Shown piece after piece: positions 50,523-58,855 of a stretch of DNA of 64,000 nt. The position numbers and the translations under genes were made by a program. The notes beneath the pieces were generated by a model. The model was not told the origin of the DNA and ran no database searches. It worked only from the letters and a program-made list of their open reading frames with translations. The DNA comes from Pseudomonadota bacterium (lineage in GTDB: Bacteria; Pseudomonadota; Alphaproteobacteria; Rhodobacterales; Rhodobacteraceae): contig JBCBBB010000002.1 of assembly GCA_038532095.1 (NCBI GenBank), positions 31,875 to 95,874 on the forward strand, given 5' to 3'. Numbering within the stretch: the first letter of the stretch is position 1; every line of letters begins with the position of its first letter.

Positions 50523-51554
50523 TTATGTGCTGCGTACCGTGTCAATCATCAGCTGAACATTCTCCGGGTCGGCATCCGGCGTGATGCCATGACCCAGGTT
50601 GAAGATGTGTGGACCCTTTGAGAACGCGTCCACGATCGCACGTGTTTCCTGCACCAAGGCATCGCCACCTGTCACCATGTGAGATGACGCCAGATTGCCT
50701 TGCACACAGCCATCAACTTGCACATGTTCGGCGGCCCAAGTTGCACTCACGGAGTTGTCGAGTGCCACGCAATCTGCACCGGTCGCGTTCGCAAAGCCGA
50801 TGTAGCGATCCCCGGCTTCGCGGGGAAATGCGATGATCGGGGTATCGGGATGCTTGGCCTTCAGCGCGTCGATGATCTGCTTGGCAGGCGCGAGGGCATA
50901 ATCGTCGAAATCCTGACCTTTGAGCGACCCGGCCCAACTGTCGAAAAGCTTCACCACCTCCGCTCCCGCGTCGATCTGAGCGGAAAGATAGGCGATGGTC
51001 GCCTCGGTCAATCTGTTGATGATCGCGTCAAAGAGCGCCCGGTTCTCGGCCTTCAAGGCATGTGCCGGAGCCTGATCCGGCGTTCCACGCCCGGCGATCA
51101 TGTAGGTGGCAACCGTCCAGGGCATCCCTGCAAATCCGATCAGGGTCGTCTCCTCCGGCAATGCGCGGGCGAGAATGCGAACAGTCTCGTAAACGGGAGC
51201 AAGATGGTCATGAATGCCGTCGGCGTCCTTGAGTTTGGCGAAGTCCTCCATCGTCTCGATGGTCGAAAGCCGTGGGCCCTCACCGGTGACAAACCAGAGG
51301 TCGTTCCCAAGCGCATCGGGGATCAGCAAGATATCGGCGAAGAGGATCGCGGCATCGAACCCATAGCGACGGATCGGTTGCAGCGTGACTTCAGCGGCCA
51401 GATCGGAATTGTAGCACAGGCTCAGGAAATCCCCGGCCTCGGCCCGCGTGGCGCGATACTCGGGTAGGTAGCGGCCTGCCTGGCGCATCATCCAGATCGG
51501 AGGCACGTCGAGTGTTTCGCCAGCCAGTGCGCGCAGCAACAATTTCTCTGCCAT
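50523..51554 (-). CDS. hemE: uroporphyrinogen decarboxylase
   Basis: [16 protein letters not shown]........LC.....A.EVTLQP.RR...DAAILF.DIL, 343 aa. Confidence 0.96.
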   Translation of the reverse strand: MAEKLLLRALAGETLDVPPIWMMRQAGRYLPEYRATRAEAGDFLSLCYNSDLAAEVTLQPIRRYGFDAAILFADILLIPDALGNDLWFVTGEGPRLSTIETMEDFAKLKDADGIHDHLAPVYETVRILARALPEETTLIGFAGMPWTVATYMIAGRGTPDQAPAHALKAENRALFDAIINRLTEATIAYLSAQIDAGAEVVKLFDSWAGSLKGQDFDDYALAPAKQIIDALKAKHPDTPIIAFPREAGDRYIGFANATGADCVALDNSVSATWAAEHVQVDGCVQGNLASSHMVTGGDALVQETRAIVDAFSKGPHIFNLGHGITPDADPENVQLMIDTVRST

Positions 51555-51626
51555 GGGGTTCCTTCCTTACTTCAAAACTGTCGTCCCAAGTAGACACTGC
51601 TTTGTCAACCGCGTAGAGCTATAGCT

Positions 51627-52568
51627 ATGACAAGACGACCAAATCCCGACTCTCCCTTCCGTATTGGCACCCGTGGATCCCCGCTGGCCCTGGCGCAAGC
51701 GCACGAGACACGCGACCGTCTTTCCAAGGCCTTTGATTTGTCGGAAGACAGCTTTGAAATCGTGGTGATCAAGACCACCGGTGACAAGGTTCTGGACCGC
51801 CCGCTTGGCGAGATTGGCGGGAAAGGGTTGTTCACGCGAGAGATCGAAGATGCGTTGCTGGATGAAAGCATCGATATCGCGGTGCACTCCATGAAGGACA
51901 TGCCGGTTCTGCAACCCGATGGTCTGGTCATTGATTGCTGCCTGCCGCGTGAAGATGTGCGTGACGCTTTTCTCACGCTCGATGGGCGCGCCTTGTCTGA
52001 GCTGCCAGAAGGCACGGTGGTCGGCACGTCCAGTTTACGACGGAAGTCGCAGCTGCTGCACAAGCGCCCCGATCTGGACATCGTTGAGTTTCGTGGCAAC
52101 GTGCAGACCCGGCTGAAGAAGCTGGAGGATGGCGTGGCGACCGGGACGTTCCTTGCGATGGCTGGACTGCGGCGCCTTGGCCTGACCGATCTGCCGGTGA
52201 CGGCTATTCCGACAGAGGAGATGCTGCCGGCGGTCGCACAAGGCGCGATCGGGATCGAGCGACGTGCCAACGATACACGCGCCGCTGAAATGCTTGAGGC
52301 CATCAGCGATAGTGACACGGTCGCGCGGCTGAAGGTTGAGCGTGCGTTCCTCGAAGCCTTGGACGGGTCCTGCCAAACGCCCATTGCCGGGTTGGCCGAA
52401 CTGGAGGGCGGGTCGGTGACCTTGCGGGGTGAAATTCTGCGGACCGACGGGTCGGAAGCGGTCGATGGTACCAGCGATGGTGCGGTCGAGGATGGGCAGG
52501 AAATCGGTCGCGCACTGGCCGCCGAATTGCTGCAACGAGCTGGTCCGGGTTTCCTTGCGCATAAATAA
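51627..52568 (+). CDS. hemC: hydroxymethylbilane synthase (porphobilinogen deaminase)
   Basis: RIGTRGS.LAL.QA.......I..I.T.GD......L..IGGKGLFT.E.E.AL.....DIAVHS.KD.P and ...GTSSLRR..Q......D.....RGNV.TRL.KL. Confidence 0.96.
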   Translation: MTRRPNPDSPFRIGTRGSPLALAQAHETRDRLSKAFDLSEDSFEIVVIKTTGDKVLDRPLGEIGGKGLFTREIEDALLDESIDIAVHSMKDMPVLQPDGLVIDCCLPREDVRDAFLTLDGRALSELPEGTVVGTSSLRRKSQLLHKRPDLDIVEFRGNVQTRLKKLEDGVATGTFLAMAGLRRLGLTDLPVTAIPTEEMLPAVAQGAIGIERRANDTRAAEMLEAISDSDTVARLKVERAFLEALDGSCQTPIAGLAELEGGSVTLRGEILRTDGSEAVDGTSDGAVEDGQEIGRALAAELLQRAGPGFLAHK

Positions 52569-52570
52569 TG

Positions 52571-52581
52571 CTGCGCCGCAG
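52571..52581. promoter_or_regulatory. CTGC-N3-GCAG palindrome (candidate PhaR operator), distal
   Basis: CTGCGCCGCAG is read directly from the sequence. A spacer-less CTGCGCAG also occurs at 52592-52599. Confidence 0.5.
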
Positions 52582-52632
52582 CAATTTCATGCTGCGCAGA
52601 AAGTCTTTGATTTTGCTGTGCCCTCCCTTAAG

Positions 52633-52643
52633 CTGCGGCGCAG
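52633..52643. promoter_or_regulatory. CTGC-N3-GCAG palindrome (candidate PhaR operator), proximal to the phaR start
   Basis: CTGCGGCGCAG, 24 nt upstream of the phaR ATG at 52667. Confidence 0.5.
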
Positions 52644-52666
52644 AAACTCAGTGATTGGAGCCATGC

Positions 52667-53218
52667 ATGGCCGAGCCTCTTTTGATCAAGCGCTATGCCA
52701 GCCGGCGTCTCTATAACACTGAAACGTCTGACTACGTGACGCTTGAAGACATCGCAGGTTTCATCCGTGATAACCGGGACGTTCAGATCGTAGACCTTAA
52801 GTCAGGTGATGACCTGACCCGCCAGTACCTGCTTCAGATTGTTGCGGAGCACGAGAGCCGGGGGGAGAATGTTCTGCCGCTTGAAGTGCTCACCGATCTT
52901 GTGCGGTCTTACACGACACAGGCGCAATCCGTAGTGCCGCAGTTTCTGGCCATGAGTTTCGACATGCTGCGCGAAGGGCAGTCCAAGATGATCGACAGCA
53001 TGACCAACCCGATGTCGGCCATGCCCGGTTATGACGCCATGCGGGCGCAACAGGAGGCGTTTCTGGCGGCGATGACGGGTGGCTTGGGCAAAGGCTGGTC
53101 CGGCCCGTCGAGCGATGACGATGATGACGCTGCGCCGGATGCCAATCTTGACGACATTCGCGCGCAGCTCGCTGCTATGCAGGAACAGCTTTCCAAGATG
53201 GGCGACAAGAAGTCCTAA
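52667..53218 (+). CDS. phaR: polyhydroxyalkanoate synthesis repressor PhaR
   Basis: LIKRYASRRLYNTETS.YVTLEDIA..IR....V.I.D.KSG.DLTRQYLLQI..E.ES is the canonical PhaR N-terminus. The C-terminal tail is acidic. Confidence 0.92.
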   Translation: MAEPLLIKRYASRRLYNTETSDYVTLEDIAGFIRDNRDVQIVDLKSGDDLTRQYLLQIVAEHESRGENVLPLEVLTDLVRSYTTQAQSVVPQFLAMSFDMLREGQSKMIDSMTNPMSAMPGYDAMRAQQEAFLAAMTGGLGKGWSGPSSDDDDDAAPDANLDDIRAQLAAMQEQLSKMGDKKS

Positions 53219-53233
53219 CCGTTTGGCAGAGCG

Positions 53234-54868
53234 CTATCGGAAAATCTGCAAGACCGTGTCGGCCATCAATTGCACCATCATCTGATCGGAGACGTAGCCC
53301 GACTGCGGTAACTTCCGCGCGGCCTGATACCGTCGAATTGCGCGTCGCGTGTTCTCATCGAAAGTGCCATCAACGCGGCCAGGCCGTAACCCGAGCCGAT
53401 CGAGACGGTCTTCGATGACACGTCGGGTCCCTGTCGACAGGTTCATCGCAGCCTCGGTTTGTGCTGCTGCCGAGAACTCCTGTTCGCGCTGGAGGGCGAC
53501 GATACGCGCCTGTGCTTCATCGCGGAAGGCCCCGCTTGGGGAGTCGACCAGATAGCGCTCATAGGCGTTTGCGGTATCCTGCGACCGCGCCTGATCCCAC
53601 AATTGGCGATCAACACGATTGGCGCGCTCACGTTTTCTGTCTTCAATGACAGTCAAACGTTCCGAGGCAAGTTCGGCAAATTCGCCATCCGGGAAACGTT
53701 TCAGATAAGCGCGCAGGCCGGCTTCATCGCCGTTGGCGCCGGTCTGGTTCCAGAACTCGATATCCGCTGCCATCTGTTGTTGGCGACGTTCTTCTGCTTC
53801 TGCTTCCAGTTCGGCGGCGCGCCGCTGGGCTTGTTCGTCCAAAAGAGCAATCTGTTCTCGTGTTAGGTAACCCGTGGCGTCAAATCGTTCGGCCCGTTGC
53901 CATTCGGAGATCGCGCCGCGTGTGCCGCGTCCGAATATCCCGTCAATCCCGCGTGTATTGAACCCAAGCAGTGAAAGATTGCGCTGAATGCTTCTTCGGG
54001 CGTCCCGGTTCAGGTCCAACGCCTGTTCTGTGCGTTCCGCCCGCGCTTCCGGCGTGTCGATCATGGCGGCGATGCGGGCTTCTGCCATGTCAACAAACTC
54101 CCCGCTGGGATGCGCCTCGATGTAGCCTTCATAGGCCTCTACAGTGTTCACGCGACTTGCGGCGCGCCAATTGAAGATATCCTGCATGCGGTTGTTGGCC
54201 GTTTGTGGTGGTGGCGTTTGACCGTCAAGAAACACCAGAGTATCGGGCGCATACCCCATCACACGCACGCGCTCCTGACGCGCGGCCCCGATGAAGGGGC
54301 GGCCAGGTTGGGACAGGTGATCTTCCACCACATCCGTGGTTCGGCGTGGATCGCCAAACAGAACGGTGACGCCTTGCGGGATGTCCAGATCGGTGACACC
54401 GAGCGTCACATTCCGCCCAAGATCGACCTGACGATCATCGGTGGCCAGAACAAGGATCGCGCGCCCCGGCTTTTGCGCCAGAAGGGCAAAAACACTAGAC
54501 AGGGGCAGCGCGCGCAAATGCATCGTCGCGAGCGGGCCGATGTCAGTGTCGGTTGGAAAGAAATAGGTTTCTGATTTGCTGCTCACAAAGCGACCGGACA
54601 GAACCACCAGAGCGCTTTCCGCTTGGACGACCTGCTGACCAAAGACCTCAAGCGCTCCGGTCATCGTCGCCAGGTCTGCGTCTTCCAGGTATTCGACTTG
54701 CACGCCGCCCCGCGTCAGATCGGAAACCGCGCGAGAAATACGTGTGCCGCGATCAACATCTGGCAGCGTCTGATATTCCTCGTTGCCGACCAACAAACCA
54801 AAAGACTGAGCGCTCACTGGCTGAACAAGCAACGCCGCGCACGCAGCGATCCAGAGAAACAGTCGCAT
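53234..54868 (-). CDS. secreted protein: degenerate caspase-like (peptidase C14-like) N-domain, three FP.GxFA-type helical repeats, two peptidoglycan-binding (PG_binding_1-like) domains
   Basis: Signal peptide MRLFLWIAACAALLVQPVSA. GLLVGNEEYQ resembles the caspase-family ALVIGN.AY start. The PG-binding units are IQRNLSLLGFNTRGIDGIFGRGTRGAISEWQ and IEDRLDRLGLRPGRVDGTFDENTRRAIRRYQ. The start is taken at 54868. Confidence 0.8.
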   Translation of the reverse strand: MRLFLWIAACAALLVQPVSAQSFGLLVGNEEYQTLPDVDRGTRISRAVSDLTRGGVQVEYLEDADLATMTGALEVFGQQVVQAESALVVLSGRFVSSKSETYFFPTDTDIGPLATMHLRALPLSSVFALLAQKPGRAILVLATDDRQVDLGRNVTLGVTDLDIPQGVTVLFGDPRRTTDVVEDHLSQPGRPFIGAARQERVRVMGYAPDTLVFLDGQTPPPQTANNRMQDIFNWRAASRVNTVEAYEGYIEAHPSGEFVDMAEARIAAMIDTPEARAERTEQALDLNRDARRSIQRNLSLLGFNTRGIDGIFGRGTRGAISEWQRAERFDATGYLTREQIALLDEQAQRRAAELEAEAEERRQQQMAADIEFWNQTGANGDEAGLRAYLKRFPDGEFAELASERLTVIEDRKRERANRVDRQLWDQARSQDTANAYERYLVDSPSGAFRDEAQARIVALQREQEFSAAAQTEAAMNLSTGTRRVIEDRLDRLGLRPGRVDGTFDENTRRAIRRYQAARKLPQSGYVSDQMMVQLMADTVLQIFR

Positions 54869-54937
54869 ATCCACCTCCCAAGCAACCAATGGAAGCGTAG
54901 GCGAGAAGCTGCGGACCAGAAAGGGGAAGTTAGTCAA

Positions 54938-54961
54938 CCTTCGGCGCAGAAACGCCGAAGG
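54938..54961 (-). terminator. 9-bp stem hairpin after lpdA (weak U-tract)
   Basis: CCTTCGGCG (54938-54946) pairs with CGCCGAAGG (54953-54961). Confidence 0.5.
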
Positions 54962-54971
54962 TCAGACAAGG

Positions 54972-56360
54972 TTAGCTGTGGATGGGCCCGTCGCCGCAGG
55001 CGAGTGCAGCTTCACGCACGGCTTCTGAATAGGTCGGGTGGGCGTGGCACGTGCGGGCCAGGTCTTCGGCGGCCGCGCCAAATTCCATCGCAACGCAGAT
55101 CTCGTGGATCAGGTCGCCCGCCATCGGACCAATGATATGCGCGCCCAGAATGCGGTCTGTCGCCTTATCGGCAAGAATCTTCACGAAACCATCCGCTGCA
55201 TGGTTGGCCTTGGCACGACCGTTGCCCATGAAGCTGAACTTGCCCACCTTAAAGGCGCGCCCGGCCTCCTTCAGCTCTTCTTCCGTATGTCCGACATTCG
55301 CCACCTCGGGATGGGTGTAAATGACACCGGGAATGACGCCATAGTTCACATGACCGGCCTGACCCGCGATGGTTTCCGCGACGGCCATGCCTTCGTCTTC
55401 CGCTTTATGCGCCAGCATCGGGCCGGTGATCGCATCGCCGATCGCATAGATGCCGTTCACGCTGGTTTTCCAATGTGCGTCGGTTTGCACCTGTCCACGG
55501 TCGGTCATGGCGACGCCGAGTGCCTCGAGGCCAAGTCCGTCGGTGTAGGGTTTGCGGCCCGTTGCGACGAGGACGGTGTCGGCCTCCAGCATGTGTTCGC
55601 TGTCATCCTTGCGGAGTGTGTAGGTGACTTTGGCCTTCGTCTTTGTCGCTTCTGTCTTCTGAACGGCGGCGCCCATGACGAAGTTGAGGCCCTGCTTTTT
55701 CAGGATGCGCTGGAAGGTCTTTTGCACCTCGCCATCCATGCCGGGTGTGATGACATCGAGGAACTCGACGACCGTGACCTCTGTGCCCAAGCGATTGTAG
55801 ACCGAGCCCAGCTCAAGACCGATGACGCCTGCGCCGATCACGACCATCTTCTTCGGGATTTTGCCCAGCTCGAGTGCTCCGGTGGAGGTCACAACGACCT
55901 TCTCGTCCACCTCGACACCGGGGAGCGAGGATGCTTCCGAGCCGGAGGCGATGACGATGTTCTTCGCCTCGTGCACCTCATCGCCCACCTTGACCTTGCC
56001 CGGTTCGGGGATGCTGCCCCAGCCTTTCAGCCAGTCGATCTTGTTCTTCTTGAACAGGAACTCGATGCCCTTTGTGTTGGCCTCAATCGTCTCACCCTTA
56101 TAGGCAAGCATCTGAGCCCAATCGATTTTTGGCTTGGCCACGCCAATGCCCATCTTGCCAAAATTCTCTTCGGCCTCGTGCACCATCTCGGTTGCATGCA
56201 GCAGCGCTTTCGACGGGATACAGCCCACATTCAGGCAAGTGCCGCCCAGTGTGTCACGCCCTTCGACGCACGCTGTCTTGAGGCCCAGTTGCGCGCAGCG
56301 GATGGCGCAGACATAGCCGCCGGGGCCGCTGCCGATTACGATGACGTCATAGGCTGCCAT
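54972..56360 (-). CDS. lpdA: dihydrolipoyl dehydrogenase (E3)
   Basis: [26 protein letters not shown].....[13 protein letters not shown] (redox-active CxxxxC) and C-terminal HAHPT.SE, 462 aa. Confidence 0.97.
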   Translation of the reverse strand: MAAYDVIVIGSGPGGYVCAIRCAQLGLKTACVEGRDTLGGTCLNVGCIPSKALLHATEMVHEAEENFGKMGIGVAKPKIDWAQMLAYKGETIEANTKGIEFLFKKNKIDWLKGWGSIPEPGKVKVGDEVHEAKNIVIASGSEASSLPGVEVDEKVVVTSTGALELGKIPKKMVVIGAGVIGLELGSVYNRLGTEVTVVEFLDVITPGMDGEVQKTFQRILKKQGLNFVMGAAVQKTEATKTKAKVTYTLRKDDSEHMLEADTVLVATGRKPYTDGLGLEALGVAMTDRGQVQTDAHWKTSVNGIYAIGDAITGPMLAHKAEDEGMAVAETIAGQAGHVNYGVIPGVIYTHPEVANVGHTEEELKEAGRAFKVGKFSFMGNGRAKANHAADGFVKILADKATDRILGAHIIGPMAGDLIHEICVAMEFGAAAEDLARTCHAHPTYSEAVREAALACGDGPIHS

Positions 56361-56526
56361 TGGGATTTCATCCTTCGTTCTGGTTCGGTGATGGCCGGAG
56401 CCATTGTGTTGGTTTGATGCTCATTTTCCGAAAAGTCTCACGATTGCCTCAAATCGGCCTTAGCCGCACCATTCGTAGGCATCATGCCAAAAATATATGC
56501 AGAATGTGAACTTTGAGAGGTGAAGT

Positions 56527-56784
56527 ATGAAACTCGTTCTTTTGAGCGCTGCAATCGTTGTCGGATCGATGGGAACGGCTCTGGCAGAGCACTCCGCCGC
56601 GCCGTCGATGGGACCAACCGTTCTGTTCCACGATGCTGAAACCGACGAGAACGGTTGCCATGTCGCCAAGCGCAAGCGTCATAACTTCCACTGTCATGAG
56701 GCCCCTCAGCCCGAAATTCGCGACGAGTTGGACGTAACGAAGGCGCCGACAGACGACAATCAGATCGCCAGCGCATCCGAATAA
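56527..56784 (+). CDS. hypothetical small secreted protein (85 aa)
   Basis: GAGAGG lies upstream of the ATG. Signal peptide MKLVLLSAAIVVGSMGTALA. The mature part contains two Cys and several His (CHVAKRKRHNFHCHE). It is on the opposite strand to the surrounding suc/lpd genes. Confidence 0.5.
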   Translation: MKLVLLSAAIVVGSMGTALAEHSAAPSMGPTVLFHDAETDENGCHVAKRKRHNFHCHEAPQPEIRDELDVTKAPTDDNQIASASE

Positions 56785-56795
56785 CGCATGTGAGT

Positions 56796-56816
56796 GGTGC
56801 GCCGTGAAGGCGCACC
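56796..56816. terminator. 8-bp GC hairpin between the convergent small ORFs
   Basis: GGTGCGCC-GTGAA-GGCGCACC. Confidence 0.5.
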
Positions 56817-56904
56817 CTACGCATGGTTTTAGGCAATGATGGCGTCATAGCCGCCATTGGATGGTTCCTTTTTCAAGCGACGTCGGTGTTGCGTCGGTGC
56901 TGGT

Positions 56905-57342
56905 TCAGTGTCTTGTCTTCGCCCCGATTTCTCTTTGGTTCAGTATCTCGACTTGGAGCTTGCCGGCAGCCCACGCCGTGACGATGCGATGGCAGTTGTC
57001 ACAGAGCCAGTCGCGTGCATTGTCGGGTGCACTCACGCTGCTTCCTCGTTTCACGCGACCGGTATCTTGAAACATCGGAACGCGCGGACCGGGGTCATTT
57101 AGAATCCAACCTTTAGTCCCTTTTCCGTCGTCGTCTGCTTCATGAAAAGTCGCCCAACACAGCTCGCAGTGGTCATGATCCCAGAGAGGATCCGGGGCGA
57201 CGTATCGCGCGCGCTTGAACTCTGGAAGTGGCGTGCCCTCAGTCAAGCAACCCCAGTTTTGCTCCATGCTGGCAATTTGATAGGCCACATCATCTCCGGT
57301 CTCTGGATCGATAACCGGCGACAGTTCCACGATTGACGGCAT
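56905..57342 (-). CDS. hypothetical 145-aa protein with two Cys pairs, translationally coupled to sucB
   Basis: The ATG at 57342 shares one base with the sucB TGA (TGATG). The motifs DHDHCELCW and WLCDNCH (CxxC ... CxxC) suggest a small Zn-binding module. Confidence 0.65.
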   Translation of the reverse strand: MPSIVELSPVIDPETGDDVAYQIASMEQNWGCLTEGTPLPEFKRARYVAPDPLWDHDHCELCWATFHEADDDGKGTKGWILNDPGPRVPMFQDTGRVKRGSSVSAPDNARDWLCDNCHRIVTAWAAGKLQVEILNQREIGAKTRH

Positions 57343-58850
57343 CACAAATCCATCAACAACCGCCGTGGATCCTCCAGCGCTTCTTTCACGCGGACAAGGA
57401 ACGTCACCGCGCCTTTGCCGTCCACGATCCGGTGGTCGTAGCTCAGGGCGAGGTACATCATCGGGCGGATCACGATCTCGCCGTTCACGACCACGGGGCG
57501 TTCCTGAATCTTGTGCATGCCGAGGATGCCCGACTGCGGCGGGTTCAGGATGGGCGATGACATGAGCGAGCCGTAGACACCACCGTTCGAGATGGTGAAG
57601 GTGCCGCCCTGCATTTCGGCCATCGACAGTTTGCCGTCGCGGGCGCGGAGGCCCAACTCGCCGATCTTCTTCTCGATGGCTGCGAAGCTCATCTGGTCGG
57701 CATCGCGGACCACGGGCACCACAAGGCCGGTCGGCGTGCCGACGGCGACGCCCATATGGACGAAGTTCTTGTAGACGACGTCGGTGCCGTCGATCTCCGC
57801 ATTCACTTCCGGCACTTCTTTCAGCGCGTGGCAGCAGGCCTTGGTGAAGAAGGACATGAAGCCGAGCTTGACGCCGTGCTTCTTCTCGAACAGGTCCTTG
57901 TATTCCTTCCTGAGCGCCATCGTCGCGGTCATGTCGACCTCGTTATAGGTCGTCAGCATGGCGGCGGTGTTCTGCGCGTCTTTCAGACGGCGCGCGATGG
58001 TCTGGCGGAGGCGGGTCATCTTCACCCGCTCTTCGCGCGCCGCATCTTCGGCGGCGACTGGGGCGCGTGGCGCTGCTGGTGCGGGCGCTTCCGCTTGCGG
58101 TGTCGGTGAGGCGAGGGCCTTTTGCACGTCTTCCTTCATGATGCGCCCGTCCTTGCCGGTGCCGGTCACAGCGTCGGCGGAGAGGTTGTTTTCCGCCATC
58201 ATCTTCTTGGCGGACGGTGCATCTTCCACATCCTTCCCACTCGCAGCCGATGCTGAGGCGGGAGCCGGCGCCGCCGCCGGGGCTGCGGCGGGCGCACTGC
58301 CGGAGGATGCGAGCACAGCAAGCTTGCCGCCTGCTTCCACGGTGGACCCTTCGGCGGCGACAATCTCGCTCAGCACACCGGCGGAGGGTGCCGGCACTTC
58401 AACCGACACCTTGTCGGTTTCCAACTCGCAGAGGATCTCATCGGCGGCGACCGCATCGCCGGGCGCTTTGAACCAGCTTGCGACGGTGGCCTCGGCCACG
58501 CTTTCGCCCAAGGTCGGGACCATCACGTCGACCACATCGCCCGACGGCGCTGCGCCGTTCGCGGCAGGGGCGGCTTCGGGGGCAGGCGCGGCGGCAGGCG
58601 CTTCGCCCGCTGCCCCTTCTTCCAGCGTGGCAAGCAGGGCATCAACACCGACCGTGTCCCCTTCGCCCGCAACGATCTCGGACAGTTTGCCAGCCGAGGG
58701 CGAGGGTACTTCGACGGTGACTTTGTCGGTCTCCAACTCGCAAAGCATCTCATCGACCGCGACGCTGTCGCCCGGTTTCTTGAACCAGGTGGCAACGGTC
58801 GCCTCGGTCACGCTTTCGCCCAGCGTCGGGACCCTGATTTCGGTAGACAT
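57342..58850 (-). CDS. sucB: dihydrolipoyllysine-residue succinyltransferase (E2o) with two lipoyl domains
   Basis: Two copies of [48 protein letters not shown] are separated by Ala/Pro linkers. These are followed by the peripheral-subunit-binding and catalytic domains ([11 protein letters not shown]). Confidence 0.97.
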   Translation of the reverse strand: MSTEIRVPTLGESVTEATVATWFKKPGDSVAVDEMLCELETDKVTVEVPSPSAGKLSEIVAGEGDTVGVDALLATLEEGAAGEAPAAAPAPEAAPAANGAAPSGDVVDVMVPTLGESVAEATVASWFKAPGDAVAADEILCELETDKVSVEVPAPSAGVLSEIVAAEGSTVEAGGKLAVLASSGSAPAAAPAAAPAPASASAASGKDVEDAPSAKKMMAENNLSADAVTGTGKDGRIMKEDVQKALASPTPQAEAPAPAAPRAPVAAEDAAREERVKMTRLRQTIARRLKDAQNTAAMLTTYNEVDMTATMALRKEYKDLFEKKHGVKLGFMSFFTKACCHALKEVPEVNAEIDGTDVVYKNFVHMGVAVGTPTGLVVPVVRDADQMSFAAIEKKIGELGLRARDGKLSMAEMQGGTFTISNGGVYGSLMSSPILNPPQSGILGMHKIQERPVVVNGEIVIRPMMYLALSYDHRIVDGKGAVTFLVRVKEALEDPRRLLMDL

Positions 58851-58855
58851 CGTCG

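Noticed and set aside
58060-58620. Repetitive GC-rich DNA (GCx-CCx runs) that could be mistaken for a tandem-repeat or CRISPR-like array.
   Set aside because: These are the Ala/Pro-rich inter-domain linkers of SucB, in frame within a canonical E2 protein.
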